DNA of 64,000 bases from Takakia lepidozioides (lineage: Eukaryota; Plantae; Bryophyta), in assembly GCA_030704615.1 (NCBI GenBank), contig CM060732.1, positions 5,952,001 to 6,016,000 on the forward strand, in the 5' to 3' direction. Of this stretch, positions 22,201-35,500 are shown piece by piece. The position numbers and the translations under genes were made by a program. Within the stretch, counting starts at the first letter, position 1. Each line of letters starts with the position of its first letter. The notes beneath the pieces are model-generated. The model was not told where the DNA came from, searched no databases, and saw nothing but the letters and a program-made list of their open reading frames with translations.

Positions 22201-25200
22201 CTCCAATCGTTGTTCCAGGAAATCCCACTTTCAAGCTATTTTTGGGAATTTTCAGCGACCAAAAGCACTTGAAATTCCAAATTTGCCACATGATGGGCCA
22301 ATCATAGCTCCAGGAAAGCCCACTTTGCTATTTTATTTTTGAATTTCCAGCGACCCAAAGCACTTGAAATTCCATATCTCCCACACCGCCGGTCCAAAAA
22401 TCATGAGACCAAGCCGGTGCACCCCTCCTCATTGAGGGCTTTCCAACGGCACTAAGCACCAGGCCCGCGGTTTGGGAGATCTCAACGATGCTACAAAACA
22501 AAACAAAACAAACGTCTTGATTAATCTAGGGTAGCCTGTGCCGTTGGCCCAAGTGTCCAGTGTCATCTAAGTCCAAGTGCAATCCCCTTATATTCATCCA
22601 AGTGCGTCCCCTATGTCGAGGCTCAAATGCGACCTCTAGGATAGCCTAGTGTGCGGTTGGCCCAAGTGTCCAGTGTCATCTAAGCCCAAGTGCAAGATCT
22701 CCTATGTATCCAAGTGTGTCTCATATGTTGAGGCCCAAGTGCGACCTCTAGGGTAGCCTGTGTCATTGGCCCATGTCTGAAGAATTGAAATCCCAGACCA
22801 AGTGCAATTTCCTATGTATCCCAGTGCATCTCCTATGTCGAGGCCCATCTAAGCCCAAGTGCAATCTTCTATGTATCCAAGTGCATCTTCCATGTAGAGG
22901 CCCAAGTGTCCACTAAGCCCAAGTGCAATCTCCTATGTATCCAAGGGCATCTCTGATGTGCGTCTCCCATGTCGAGGCCCATCTAAGCCTAGTGTGCAAT
23001 CTCCTATGTATCCAAGTATGTCTCCCATGTCAAGGCTTGATTATTTTTTTTCCATGAATTTATTGAGTAGTAATATATCCAATGTCATCTAAGTCCAAAT
23101 GCATTTTTTTTCCCCAAAGCCTACGACCAGATTTGAACCGGAGACCTTTCCCTTGATATCTCTCCTGTCGAGGCTCCAACCATTGTCCAGGCCCAATTTG
23201 CTATTTTTTTGCGAATTTCCAACGACCAAAAGTACTCGGAAATTCCAAATTTCCCACGTGAAGGGCCAATCATTGCTCTAGGAAAGCCCACTTTGCTAGG
23301 GTAGTCTGTGCCGTTGGCCCAAGTGTCCAGTATCATCAAGGCCCAGTGCAATCCCTATGTATCCAAGTACATCTCCTATGTCGATGCCCGTGTGTGAAGA
23401 ATTGAAATCTAAGCCCAAGTGCAATCTCCTATGTATCCAAGTGCTTCTCCCATGTAGAGGCCCAAGTGCGACCTCCGATGTCCAATGTCATCTAAGTCCA
23501 AGTGCAATCCCAAAGCCCACTTTGCTATTTTTGCAATCTCCCTTGTCGAGGCTTCATATATTGATATATCCACTTTGCTATTTTTGGGAATTTTCAGCGA
23601 CAAAAAGCACTTGAATTTCCAAATCTGCCACATGATGGGCCAATCATAGCTCCAGGAAAGCCCACTTTGCTATTTTTTTCGAATTTCCAGCGACCCAAAG
23701 CACTTGAAATTCCATATCTCCCACATCGCCGGTCCAAAAATCATGAGACCAAGCCGGTGCACCCCTCCTCATCGAGGGCTTTCCAACGGCACCAAGCACC
23801 GGGGCTGGCCCCGCGGTTTGGGAGATCTCAACGACGCTACAAAACAAAACAAAACAAAACAAACGTCTTTATTCATATATTGATACACAAACCCCAAAAT
23901 TTGTTGGCTGTCATAAAAGTGTTACTGTCCCATCGGAAGGCCGGGTGTACTGATATCATAGGTTACATTTGCTTCGGCAAAAATCTACTATATATATAGT
24001 GCTACGTGATTGAGTTTTTTGTAAATGCGGTAGAAATTTGATACAAGAATTGTCTACTTTTATACCCATATTGAATGTCAATATAATATAATATATTGTG
24101 ATCTAGACATATACTACTATTGGGAGTTGATTACTAGCAACACAATATTAACTATCAATCTATTTTGCATGCACAACATAGTCTCCATTGGTGGTCATAA
24201 GCCTCCCTGGAAGAAATAGACCGTGTCAAATCATTTGTCAATCCTGAAGCCTATACCTGGTTTGGGAGACACTAATTACACTCAAAACGATGCGGGAGAG
24301 CAAAAAACAACTTCTCTTTCAAAATTTTACTCAATTAGTCAACCCTATATGTGTCCAATCCCACTTCCGTTTGGTAACTATATATTGTGTAATTGTGGCA
24401 GACACCGCTCTATGATGGAAAAGACTTACATGCTCTAGAGTATATTTCACGTTAGGTGGTGGTCTTTACTAAAAATTGAGATGTCCATTGAAATTTATTT
24501 TATTTTTGCTCAAAATTACAGTTTAATTGACTAGACAATTATAAGACTAATGACTTGTTTACAAATAGGTTACATATGGAGATCCCCGCGTGCGTATTCC
24601 TCACTTGAAGACTTCAGAGTTTCGATGGAACATTATTCTTTATGTTCTTCGTACGTAATTATCTCATATTGAGGTTATTATATTATAATCTCAACAACCA
24701 AGTTGTAGCCCACTCTTAATGGACACATACCACCTCGGAAGTGGTTGTGGGTACAATACACCAATTGGTGTCACCAAGGTGTCCATTTTCCTGCTGGAAG
24801 GCAATAGTCAAATGACACCATAACTTACACTGCCTTCAAGAGGCATCATACTTTACTTCATGATAATCTCATTGCACTAGTTTGTTAGAGATATCCATAA
24901 AATGACAAACATTGTATGCATGTACAATATGTGTAAAAGCTGATAATAAGAATTTCCAATTTGTAGGATATGGAGGTACTTCATTTTTAGGCCTCATATA
25001 ATTAGAATATTTTTATCACTTGGAGAATTAAGCACTCACATATCTCACATATTTTCTAGCTTTCTAACATTCTCAATTTGGTTAGTATAACATTTTTGTC
25101 GAATTGAGAGTTATTGGAAATAAATATTTTACTATTATTTTTATGTTGAATCTCTACAGTCGCATTGAAATAATAATTATTGTGTTTTTTCTTTGAATAA

Positions 25201-25912
25201 TAAATTGTAAATCTTTAAATGACTTTCTTTCGAATGATCATATATTGATAGGTAATATGTGGAAAGATACTTTGACTTTACAGGTTTTATAAGTCTCACA
25301 ATTGGTTTTCAACTTAAATCAACAGTAAAGGATTTGAATATCTGTCAAATAGAGAGAAAAACTGAATTTTGCTGCCATAACCAAGCTCTAGCCCATGTCA
25401 CATTCCAACTACCCCTTTTTGGAGGTGGGCAAGGTGTCTTATAACTTATAAAGAAGGTATATTGCAAACTAATCCTTGTGGTTGGGTGCAGCTAGACCTG
25501 GCTCTGCAAAGGCCAAAGTGAGTACTTCAAGAAAGTTAACCGACCCAGTGTATATGAATGAGGATTTCACACTTGGACCTCAATTCAATCTCGATGATCC
25601 TGACTTGCATTATATTTATGTCTGTGTCAAGGTAAGACGATTGCAATAATTTTATTTTTGACAAATACGCTTTGGTGAGAGGCTCCACCCATTTAAATTT
25701 GTCGTTAAACTGTTGCAGCTGATCAATTATCATTTTTGCCAAATGATTCAGAGTAATTCTGGAGCTCACCGGAAACGCAATACAATTTGTTGCTTAATCT
25801 TTGACATTATTGGATCTTTGGCAATTTTGAGAAGAATTATGAATAAAATAGATTGATAGTTCAATTTGACACAATAACAAGATGATTGGATGTGCAGGAA
25901 CTTCCTCCGGTG
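16218..25912 (+). CDS. SAM-dependent methyltransferase, EEF1A lysine methyltransferase 4 / METTL13 N-terminal-like (240 aa, 9 exons)
   Basis: Exons 16218-16416, 17171-17284, 17599-17667, 18008-18027, 18805-18857, 19637-19667, 24569-24650, 25492-25631 and 25898-25912. All introns are GT-AG and the spliced length is 723 nt in frame. Motifs YGDEAYWDNRY, FDWY, ILIIGCGN, NIDIS, FDSVVDKGMLDSL, VLRPEG, TYGDP, HYIYVCVK. Confidence 0.9.
19455..19600 (-). mobile_element. Putative tRNA-derived SINE-like repeat (related copies at ~19812-20100 minus and ~24695-24835 plus)
   Basis: The minus strand has box A-like TAGTCCAGTGG and box B-like GGGCTCAAAACC. The three intronic copies share gtggtygtggg and a 3' gacatcataagt-like motif. 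Confidence 0.45.
20132..23883 (-). mobile_element. Tandem array of four non-autonomous Helitron units in intron 6
   Basis: On the minus strand the array starts TC (tcaatatatg) and ends with a hairpin (cttgggcc-aac-ggcacagg consensus) plus CTAG. It is inserted between A and T. Units: 20132-20990, 20991-21473, 21474-~22525 and 22526-23883. Confidence 0.85.
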
Positions 25913-26878
25913 AAGGAAATGCCTTCAAAGGGAAAGAAAGGAAAGGAGGATGAAAAAGGAAAGGGAAAGGCTGAAGCCAAAGGAAAGAAAGGAAAGAAGA
26001 AATGAATGTGTCATAGTTAATTGTAAAATAACAACAAAGACTCAAAGACTTGTTGATAATAGCAAAAAAATTGTGTCACAGTTTGAGCATAATTTTGATT
26101 GTGCATTGATCTTAAATTAACAATATATTACTATTATACGTATTGTATAATGGTCAAAACACATTATCATATCATAATTGTTCATTTCCTCCGTGGATTT
26201 TCCAAATGAAAATAAATGGTGATTGAGACATCAATTGACAATATCAAGAGCACTGTGATAATAAAGTTTGTCAACTTGAAGTTCAAGACCATCTATGGAA
26301 TATTGCAAGTTTTTAATTCGTGACTTTTGTTGAATAGTCAAGGGTTGTAAAATATTATTTGCTTTTTGGATCTTATATAGTCAATCCCTAAAACACAATT
26401 GCTTATATTTTCAAAGGTTTTTTTTAGCTTTTCCCATTTATATTTCATTGGTGTTCAATGTGGGAGAAAGTTGGAGTATGTAATTCTATGCTGCAATATC
26501 ATAGATTTAGTGTAATAAATTTTGATAAAGACTAGGAGCATGCATCTTATTTTTAAAAAATATAAATACTATTAGTTAATACTCAAAGACAGATCTAACT
26601 GCGAGCTTTTTAAATTCTAGTCTCGCCTAAAGGTTGGAGACTAGTTTTAGGGTCGAGCAAGAATGGTGTCCTTGTGCCACATCATTGTCACCACGTTTCG
26701 TATGCCACATCATCAACGTAATTATTTTGGAACCTGCCCGGACTGCCCATAAAAAGAGAAAAAAAAATTACCATTATCATTGCCACATTTTGTAGGCCGC
26801 ATCACCAATATACATTCTTGAAGCTGCCCGGATTGCCCAAATTGTTAACTGAGTGATGTAGAATCTTTGTACATAATA

Positions 26879-26881
<3 letters not shown>

Positions 26882-26910
<29 letters not shown>
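26882..26910 (+). repeat. (GA)n microsatellite
   Basis: Seen directly in the sequence. Confidence 0.95.
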
Positions 26911-26913
<3 letters not shown>

Positions 26914-28358
26914 GGGGGGGGGAGGTGGGATGGAGGGGGAGAGAGCACGCCGCTAGTAACAGAAGCAGTTTTGCAGAAGTGAGTGGCACAACTTCTTGTA
27001 CCTAGTGCTTCAGTTGCAGATGAAAGTGGCAGTCCTCACTTCTGATGATTTTATGTCAACAACTAATCATGCTCACAAGTTGATGGATGGCATCCATCTC
27101 CCTCACGAAAATGAGGACTCAGGTCTCTCGACTATTTTGGAAGCCGAACGTAGAGCCCACTATTTATTAATTTAGTAAGTAGTAAGTTAGTAGGTAGTAA
27201 GAGGGGGGGGGGGGGCCTCCCTTATATACCCTCTCAGGGCGGTGGGACCCTTCTAGAAGCCCACCGACCCTCGGACGCTTCTAGAAGGCGCTGGACACAT
27301 GTCAAGCTTACAAGACTCCCTATTCTAAATTTAGCCAATTCTTCCCTTCTCTTTTGGACCCCCTCAACTCATTCCTTAATACACGTGGCCTTCCTACATA
27401 GGCGCCACACTCTAATTCCTGGGACACAGTAATTCCTGGACCACTCTAGAATCAGGCCCCAATGAAACTTTTCTACATATTTGTTCAAATGATCATTGCA
27501 GTGGTGCAAGTATATTTCCCCTAAACAAGTGCGGTGCAACAGGGTGGCTGTTTGTGAACAGAGATGTGAACTGATCATGCAGAACAAGTGCTAATAAGAT
27601 CAAGGACGGAGATGGAGATGGAGGTGCATCTGCTGAGACTCGCAGGAGGTACCTGCTCCCGTCCTCATACCAAAACCAACACCGATGAGGCATCATGGAT
27701 GCAAATCATTCCCGTGGATGGTGGGTGGGGATGTGGGGTTTCATCATGCTTGCGCAGTTTTGCATGTGCCTCGCAGACAAGAGGATGGAGACGAGGAGTG
27801 CGGAGGAGCAATGCCATAATCTTATCTTACTTGATCGCACACTTGCCATGACTGATAGAAGCAAGTAGCAAAATTCTTGAGGGACGCAGTGTTTCGGTCC
27901 CTTTCTGGAGTCATTACTCAATTTGTCTGATCTTGTATTAGGTCTGTGACAAAAGTATGACCGCGATGGATGGAGATATATGAGGGGACTAAATTTGTGT
28001 GTTTGCGTCATCTTTGCATTTAAGGATGGAAGTGGCAAGATGAGTGACAGCCGGGAATGGACTGTGGCAGTGTCTGCTGCAAGTTGGAGTTGGTGTAAAT
28101 AGTAGCTTGAATAGGGAGGCGGCATATTTTTTCCGAGGAGAAACAGGGGTCTAAATAGGAGGGACATTTGTTGTTAGAGCCTCGCTGCGTGACTCGGCAA
28201 CGGCGTGAACTTGAAGTGTGGGTGATCCGGAATGCTGGAAGGAGTGGTGGCGTTGTTTCTCTCGGCAAGCGTGATGTTGTGGTAGTTAGATTTGGTGTTG
28301 GATCCATTCTCGAGGCGGCTGTGTAGGCGAGAGACGCGGTTTACCCCTACCTGCCAAG

Positions 28359-29430
28359 ATGATGAAGTTCGCTCTGATTTCGGGATCTCTTCGGAAGGCG
28401 TCCTTCAACAAAGGCCTCCTGCGTGCAGGTTGTTAACGAATGAATTTTGAAGGCAATATCAATTTACTGGCGATGCTTTGCTTATTGGTCTGGACTCTCA
28501 CTGATGTCTTTCCAACTCAATGCAGCACAGGAGATCGCAAGAGACCACTTGACGGATGTGGAGGTCGAGATTATCGAGATTGGTAATCTGCCCTTCGTGA
28601 ACACGGATCTAGAGGTGGATAACCGATACCCCGAGCCAGTGACGGCCTTCAGGTCAAAAGTGCAGAAAGCAACAAGTGTCCTATTTGCCTGTCCTGAATA
28701 CAATGGTTCCATCACTCGTGAGTACTCTCTGCGCTTCACTTGACCATTTGCTACTCTTCCTGCTTGGAGGTAAAGGTCTGTTGGCAAAGACATGTTTCAG
28801 AGTCATGTCTCTCTTTCAGACACATTGGTAACAACGGATGCTGGTCCCAAACCATCGCGTTTAGAATGCATTTTTTTAAATGGTAAAAGATGTCCTAGTA
28901 ATTCAGCCCAGGCTGTGCCATTCTTGCCTTGGCTTCTCTGCACTTTTTCGCATAACATCAGGAAGTGACACTACTATCCATGCACTAATACGAATCACAG
29001 TATATTTGAAGCTACTAACTTCTTGGCAGGCAGATACTGAAGAAGTTTCTAATTTCATAGGAATCGCACGTGTCTTGTTTCCTTTTCATTATCTACTAAC
29101 ATGTCCCGCTCTCTCTTTCCAGCTGCGCTCAAGAATGCCATAGACTGGGGCTCACGGTTTCCAAATGTGTGGTCAAACAAGCCAGCGGCGGTCATTAGTG
29201 CTGGAGGTGGTTTCGGTGGGGGAAGAGCAAGCTCTCATCTCCGTCAAATTGGCACTGCTTCATACATCGACCTGTATTTTATTAACAAACCAGAGCTCTA
29301 TGTGCGAGCATTTGAGCCCCCTAATAAGTTTGATAAGGATGGGAACCTCATTGACAGTGCCACGAGGGAGGGCGTGAAGGCTGTAGTGGAGGCCCTGCGA
29401 TCTTGGACAATCCAGTTGGGGCATCGATAA
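28359..29430 (+). CDS. NQR: NAD(P)H:quinone oxidoreductase / NADPH-dependent FMN reductase (189 aa, 3 exons)
   Basis: Exons 28359-28428, 28526-28717 and 29123-29430, 570 nt in frame. Motifs ISGSLRKASFN, LPFVNTDLE, FACPEYNGS, LKNAIDWGSR, GGGFGGGRA, LYFINKPE, KFDKDGNL. Confidence 0.93.
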
Positions 29431-31904
29431 CACTTCATCAGCGATTGAAATTATAAGGTTTCTTTGTTGTCTGGGTCTTTACTTTCCCGACTCAAACCAG
29501 AGAGCTCAACTCACCTTTGCATGAGGGTGATGGGCATGTAAATAATCTTTGCACAGGTCTAGTTGTTTGATCACCTATATCCCTGACTTGTGAGAAGAAA
29601 GAGCAGAATATTACATAGAAGGACATCATATAGTATGGTATGCTATTTAACAAGCTTAGGCTCCGGCTGCACTAGCCTTCTACTCAACATTGGCATCTCA
29701 AAGAAAAACAGGTGTGTAACTAATTTGCTAAGGCAGGGTATTTCCTTGAAGTTAATTAAAGAAAGCACTAAATTTGGGATGGGGATGTTGTGGAAATCCT
29801 CAAGTATTGCGTGATCTATGCATAACAACAGTTATGAGGTGGGGGGCTTCAATCACACTGGTGTCAAGTTCGGAGCCCCTATCCCACTTGATTTTAATTG
29901 TGTCCTAGGAGGTTTGCTGATTTTTATGGAGAGAATGTTTTGGCATCTTTTGTTGGAACCACTCTCCATTCGGTGAAGGGGAAGTGTCAACATGCCTGTG
30001 GTGCATGTGGAGGAGTGATGATCCCACCCATCCTTCGGTTTATGCCCTATTGAAAGCGTGTTCGGGCTTTGGCTCTGGAGTGGCTTGTTGGTTTCTGAGG
30101 GTGCCTGTCTGCCTTCGCATTCTTTCCAGAGGGAAGGTTAAGGACTCTCCTTTTAAAACTGCTCTGGTTTCTACTGCTACCACCTTCAGTGGCTGGGCTG
30201 GTTCTCAGACCCTTGGTTCTTGTGTAGCAGTGAGGGTCTGCCATCCTGATTTCGTCTGTTCTTCAGGTTAGAAAGTATTGCTCCTTATTTAATGATCCAT
30301 CAACTTCATTTGAGAAGTTCAATTTCGAGCCTGTTCGGGCTTTTGGCTGTGGAACAAAATAGTTCTAGATTGTTGCCCTTTTTTTTCCAAGAAGCCTTCA
30401 GATTGTACCTGTCGCCATTTGTTTCAGATTCTTGCATTTGGCCTTCTCTTTAGCAAGGAGAGAACTGCATCCCTTGACAAGAGTGTATTCTACTCCCCTA
30501 CATAGCTAGTGGCAACTCAGTGATGTATGTGCTGGTCGCTGAGTGGGCACTAGAAAGCATTCATGCCATACATTTCCGAGTGAAAAGCAAGTATTAACAT
30601 TTCCAACACCCTGCCAAACTTCTGTCAGCATTATGCAACCTCATGCAATTAACTCAACAAGATTTCCTAGGAGAACAAAAGTCAGGTGCCCACAGATTGT
30701 ACCCTCGAAGTTAGTTGCATCAGACAAACTCTCTTGGAACATAATAATGACAGTTTTGAATGCAAAATTTGTGAAGCTAAAATCACCGCAATAGTTGTAT
30801 CAAGACATTTGTTTATCAATATATTTGACAACAGTATGCCAAGTTGACTAATGTATAACAGAAAATTAAGCAAAATCAGAATCTGTTTGCACCTTTGGGC
30901 AGAGATCACACCCATATGATTGGCTTCTGCCAATAAAAATGGCTGCCCTCAGGACTTCTCAATACCTCCTGAAGTTCCCCGGTTGATGGTATGTTGCTCC
31001 GATGTGAGGCCAAAAATCGTTAGCAACTACCACTACATAGAAAGCCATTGCTTTACCTTCTGGGGATCCAATGGAGCAGATTGTGTCATCAGGCTGACTA
31101 TTCTCTCTTGAATCTGTTCCTGCCTGGAAACACTCAACAGAGAGTGGCATGAGCTAACTTCTTGTCATGCGTGCCAACACATTCTAAGAGGTATTACTAC
31201 AGAAATATCAAAATCCCGCAAAAACAAGGACTGTACATTGGATCTCGGGTTGAGAAACCTCTGTTGAGAGACACTAGTGACAAACTAGTACACTTTAAGT
31301 TGTGACATTGGTCATTCGGCAGCTCTGGGTGGACATCTTGACGACCTACATATGATGACACCATGCAGGTATCATCACAAACAGATATTATTCTGATGTG
31401 ATGACCTTAAAAACTGCCGAGAATCATGCCCTGCCTAACTGTGTTTATTTGAGCCCCAACCGAACAGCTGAAAAATTGACCATTGGCTCTTGGCACCTCC
31501 ATCACCAGCTAAATTTACATGTTCCCTCCTTTACCTCTTCCCTAAGGCCCCTTTGGCAGGACCACTTTGCATGGTGCTGGGGGGCTTAGAGATACAGAGA
31601 GAGAGAATCAATACCTAGAGAGTACCCAGCAGTCACAAGAAGTAACCTATGATACCAACCATGTTTTGAGGAAAAGGAAAATAATGCCAACAGAAGGGGC
31701 TTTCCTTTTTCAAGAGGTTTTGTGAGAACACCCAGTCTGGATTGCTGCTGGCTGTTGGCCGAATGCTTGTAAACCCGCTGCACAGTACAAATGAAACCTT
31801 GTGAGTGAAAAACAATGACGGTGTGGCATGACTCACACAGACAGATATAACTATTAGACTTCAGTTGTCCTAGCCTTTTGGCTGGGAACAGTGGGCCCAG
31901 TGAG

Positions 31905-32480
31905 GGGTAGGTAGGGAATAGAATGTACTCGTAAGACGTTGTTTGCCGTGGCCTTGTGGCCATTGACCCCGCGCCCAGTTTGAGCGGAACACAAAGGGAC
32001 AGAACCTACCTCTGTCAGGGGCTGACGTTGGTAGTAAGACTTACCTTGGTATAAAGCATTGATCCGGGTTTTCCAGATATCCTCTAGAAATCCCTTCACA
32101 CAAGCATCAATCTGCTGTGTGTGGTTTGCCCAATAACTAGGCCCCAGAAGGGCCTGGGCTTTTGGCTCAGCCTCGAGACTTTCAAAGTTGGTAAACAGAG
32201 GTACAGGAACAATTCCCTTGATAGATTTGAGGAGAGCATCTCTCTGGTGAGAGAACCCCGGACAGTGAATCAGGAAATGAATATTGTCTTCAGGTTGCCC
32301 ACACAACGGGCAATTGCACTCTCCCTTTCCTCTCTGCTTCTGTTTGCTGTTCATAGATAGGCTTCCTGCCCTGAGTTTAAATTTCAGTCTAGGGCCGAGA
32401 TTGGGTAGACCCTTGAGGTTTGCCGTAGCCTTGTGGCCATTGACATTCCCTATATTGCAGATAGGGAATAGAGAGAGAGA
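31905..32480 (-). mobile_element. 5'-truncated LINE 3' end (RTEX-like), with a duplicated terminal motif
   Basis: GPRLKFKLRAGSL...CPLCGQPEDNIHFLIHCPGF (CCHC knuckle) then GVNGHKATA. The 3' motif gtcaatggccacaaggcyacggcaaac occurs twice here and again at 35180-35295. Confidence 0.65.
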
Positions 32481-32598
32481 AAAAGGGGATATTGCATCCA
32501 CAGGAGGTCCAGAGGACCTCTAGGACACAGACTGAAAGACGGACAAGAGTCCACAACATACCTAAGGACTGATAATTCAGTTAAGTGGAGATCATACT

Positions 32599-35500
32599 CT
32601 ATTGGCCTGCTATCCAGTTCGGTATGTTTGCCGTTGCCTCATTGACCATCTTCACCAACGTCACCTGCAACCAGTGGCAAAATGGGCAACTTAGCATGTG
32701 AAACCAATGGCAAGGTGACATCAAAAAGGTTGAAGCACTCTTCCTCTTTCTTCTCTGTTTTTCCCCTCCAGCTGACCCACACATTATAAGGCTGCACACT
32801 GCAGACCTCTCTGGGTACTACAGTTCAGGATTAGCGGAGGAGACAATTACATACCACCGTCTCAGGCACACCCGGAGGCGGCATGGGCAAATTCCTCGGG
32901 GGAGCTCCCATTGTGTAAGACCGCTTGTCAAAGCGCCATTCCCCAATTTTGCCATATGTCAGCACCCCCTGTTACATTCTAGCATTAGGTTTCAAGTACA
33001 ATCACTGCGTCTTTTCTGGCACATCACCAATGGCATTGATATGAAAATTCCATTACCTTCATGTTGTAGTCACATCCATATGTGTAATGAATAATGTACT
33101 TGTCTCCTAGCTCAGTGTCCCATGGAGGCTGCAAGCACAAGTTGTTGTTTGCCACATCAATCCAAAATGAATCTCCAATCATGACTCAGTTACAAAAGGT
33201 ATTCCAAGTAATTTGGTTCCCAGCTATCCAGCATTCTGCCTATTTGAGGTATTCTGTGGGATGATGGCTTCGTCAGACTGTGAATGTGCAGGGTCCCCTT
33301 GCTCCTTTTGTAGGATTGAAGTGCATCGTTATGTTTGGTGTAAGACTCCTGATCAAGGCTATGGCTCCTCCAATTATCTCTATAGTGTTTCAGCCTGGAT
33401 ATTCAGGTCATTCACTAATTTCCAACGAGATAACAGGTCAACTTGTACCAATTTTTAGAGAAACTACTCCAGAACAGTAGTAAGATTGACTTCTCAAAGC
33501 ACCCTGGAGCAGCAAATAGTCAAAATGTAAGAACCGAACAAGAATTAACAAGCATAATATGCACCTGAAGCATGAAATCCTTGCGCAAAATGTGTTGTAC
33601 ACCGTGTAAGGCTGATGCAGTTGCATATCCATACCTAGCCAAAATCAACCCACCGATTCCGTTATTAGCCCAGGGCAATAAACAGAGAGATGTGCTTTTC
33701 ACCTAATATCTTTCTTAACAATGTTCCTTTGCTTGATCTTCCATAGGAACTAAAGCTTGTATCCCTGAGAAAAACATTTCCAAGTGAAGGGCCAAACTTA
33801 AAGAGGTCTTACATTTCCAACACCCAGCCAAACTTGCTGTCAGCAGCTGGATCATCTTTCATGTTGATTGAAACATTCGCCCATGTGGGCGCTATTTTCT
33901 CCAGCTGTGACTGCTCAGCCCCCAATATCCCACCAACATGTGTCATCGCAAGTCCTTACAAAACACATCTGCAGTGGGTAGTTTGTATGATGTATTCCTT
34001 AACCACCTCCCTGTAGGAAAATGGTTTGCAATAATCTTGCTACTTTCAACTCCACGGGAAACTTGCTCTCCTGGCCCTGCATGAGGAGATTTCACACAAC
34101 AAAGGATAGATAGAGAGACTAACCTTCTTAATGATGACGGGGGAATTTCCAATGGGGTCAATATTGGTGATTTCCCCCAGTTCTTTAGGGTAGAACTTCC
34201 GCAAAACATCTTCATTCTCCTTTGGAACAATGTAGAAGAAAGAAAAGGCAGCTGGCATCTGTTCAGTGGCCAGGTTAGGCAGTGGCCTTATGAACACATG
34301 ATCTGGCTCCGCCATCATTATGTATCTGGGAAACCCCAACCCCACTTTTCCAACCTTACAATTTGCAGAACGTAAAAGGAAAACATTTTAACTATGCATT
34401 TCATTGCTCCCAGACTGCCTGGTCAAGTAACTGCCATGGTGAACTCCAAAGCTGAAAAGTTACTTCATGAGAGTGGACCACCAATATACTCAATTGCCTG
34501 TAAACTTTGTCTATCTCCCCCTCTCCAGCTAAGCAGCATATCCTTGTAAGTGAAACCAGTGACGCAAGTCAGGTGTTGGGTATCTCCTACAAAAAGAGCT
34601 GCATAACTGTAGCGAGCCTTTGAGAGAGAAAAACAATACATCTCTCTCTCTCTCTCCTTGGATGTGGATACGTTCTTTGTAACAACACTCAAGAACTGCC
34701 TGAGCCCTCTGGCTCTTTCTCCATCCTTGAACATACACGACATACAAGATGGCAAACTAATACATTAGGAAACCTGAAAATGAGAGGCTTGAGAATTTTT
34801 TTTTCTCTCTTTCCTTGAATGTTGCTAAGATCTTTATAGACAGCATTTTGCCTGATCCCGTTATTCTGTTCAGATTTTTTTGTCTGGAACGGAACTGGGA
34901 AATGGGTAGCGGGATGACTCACTAGGGTGACTCAACCTAATGAGGTATTAACCTAAAGCTATTGCCCTATATGGCTAGTTATTTTGGCCACTCTCATTTG
35001 GAAGAGGAGCAGGCAAGAGCTGAAGGAGCTGACTACACTATGGCTACAAGCAAGGTATCCATTCAGACTCCTTCAACACTGTGATGGGCTGCTTAGTATG
35101 GCAACACAAAGAGAGTTGACACTATGAGGAACTTACGTGTGTCATAACGTGTTGGCTGTAGAGGAGAGTTTTATTGTAATCTCAATGGCCACAAGGCTAC
35201 GGCAAACAGCATCTTATGAGTACATTCTCTCTATGGCCACGAGGCTATGGCACACAACGTCTTATGAGTACATTCTTTCTGTCTCTCTCTCCCTACTTTC
35301 ACCTAACATTCTTGTGCACATACTCTTCTTCAATGTTGGCCCTTTGAAGCCATTGTACGAATGCCCAAGGTCGGTTTAAAACAATGTAACCCTGCACACT
35401 CGACCAACTCACATGGATTAGTTATCCTGCTTTCTAGAACATGCAAGAGTTGGTTTGGGTAGAATTCATGCAAACACTAAAAGCAGACCACCGCATCCTT

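Noticed and set aside
20264-23999. Numerous Cys/Pro-rich short ORFs
   Set aside because: They are translations of the Helitron tandem repeats inside an intron.
27138-27428. Possible solo LTR (TG...CA on minus strand, TATA-like motif)
   Set aside because: Flanks do not form a TSD and there is no second copy in the window.
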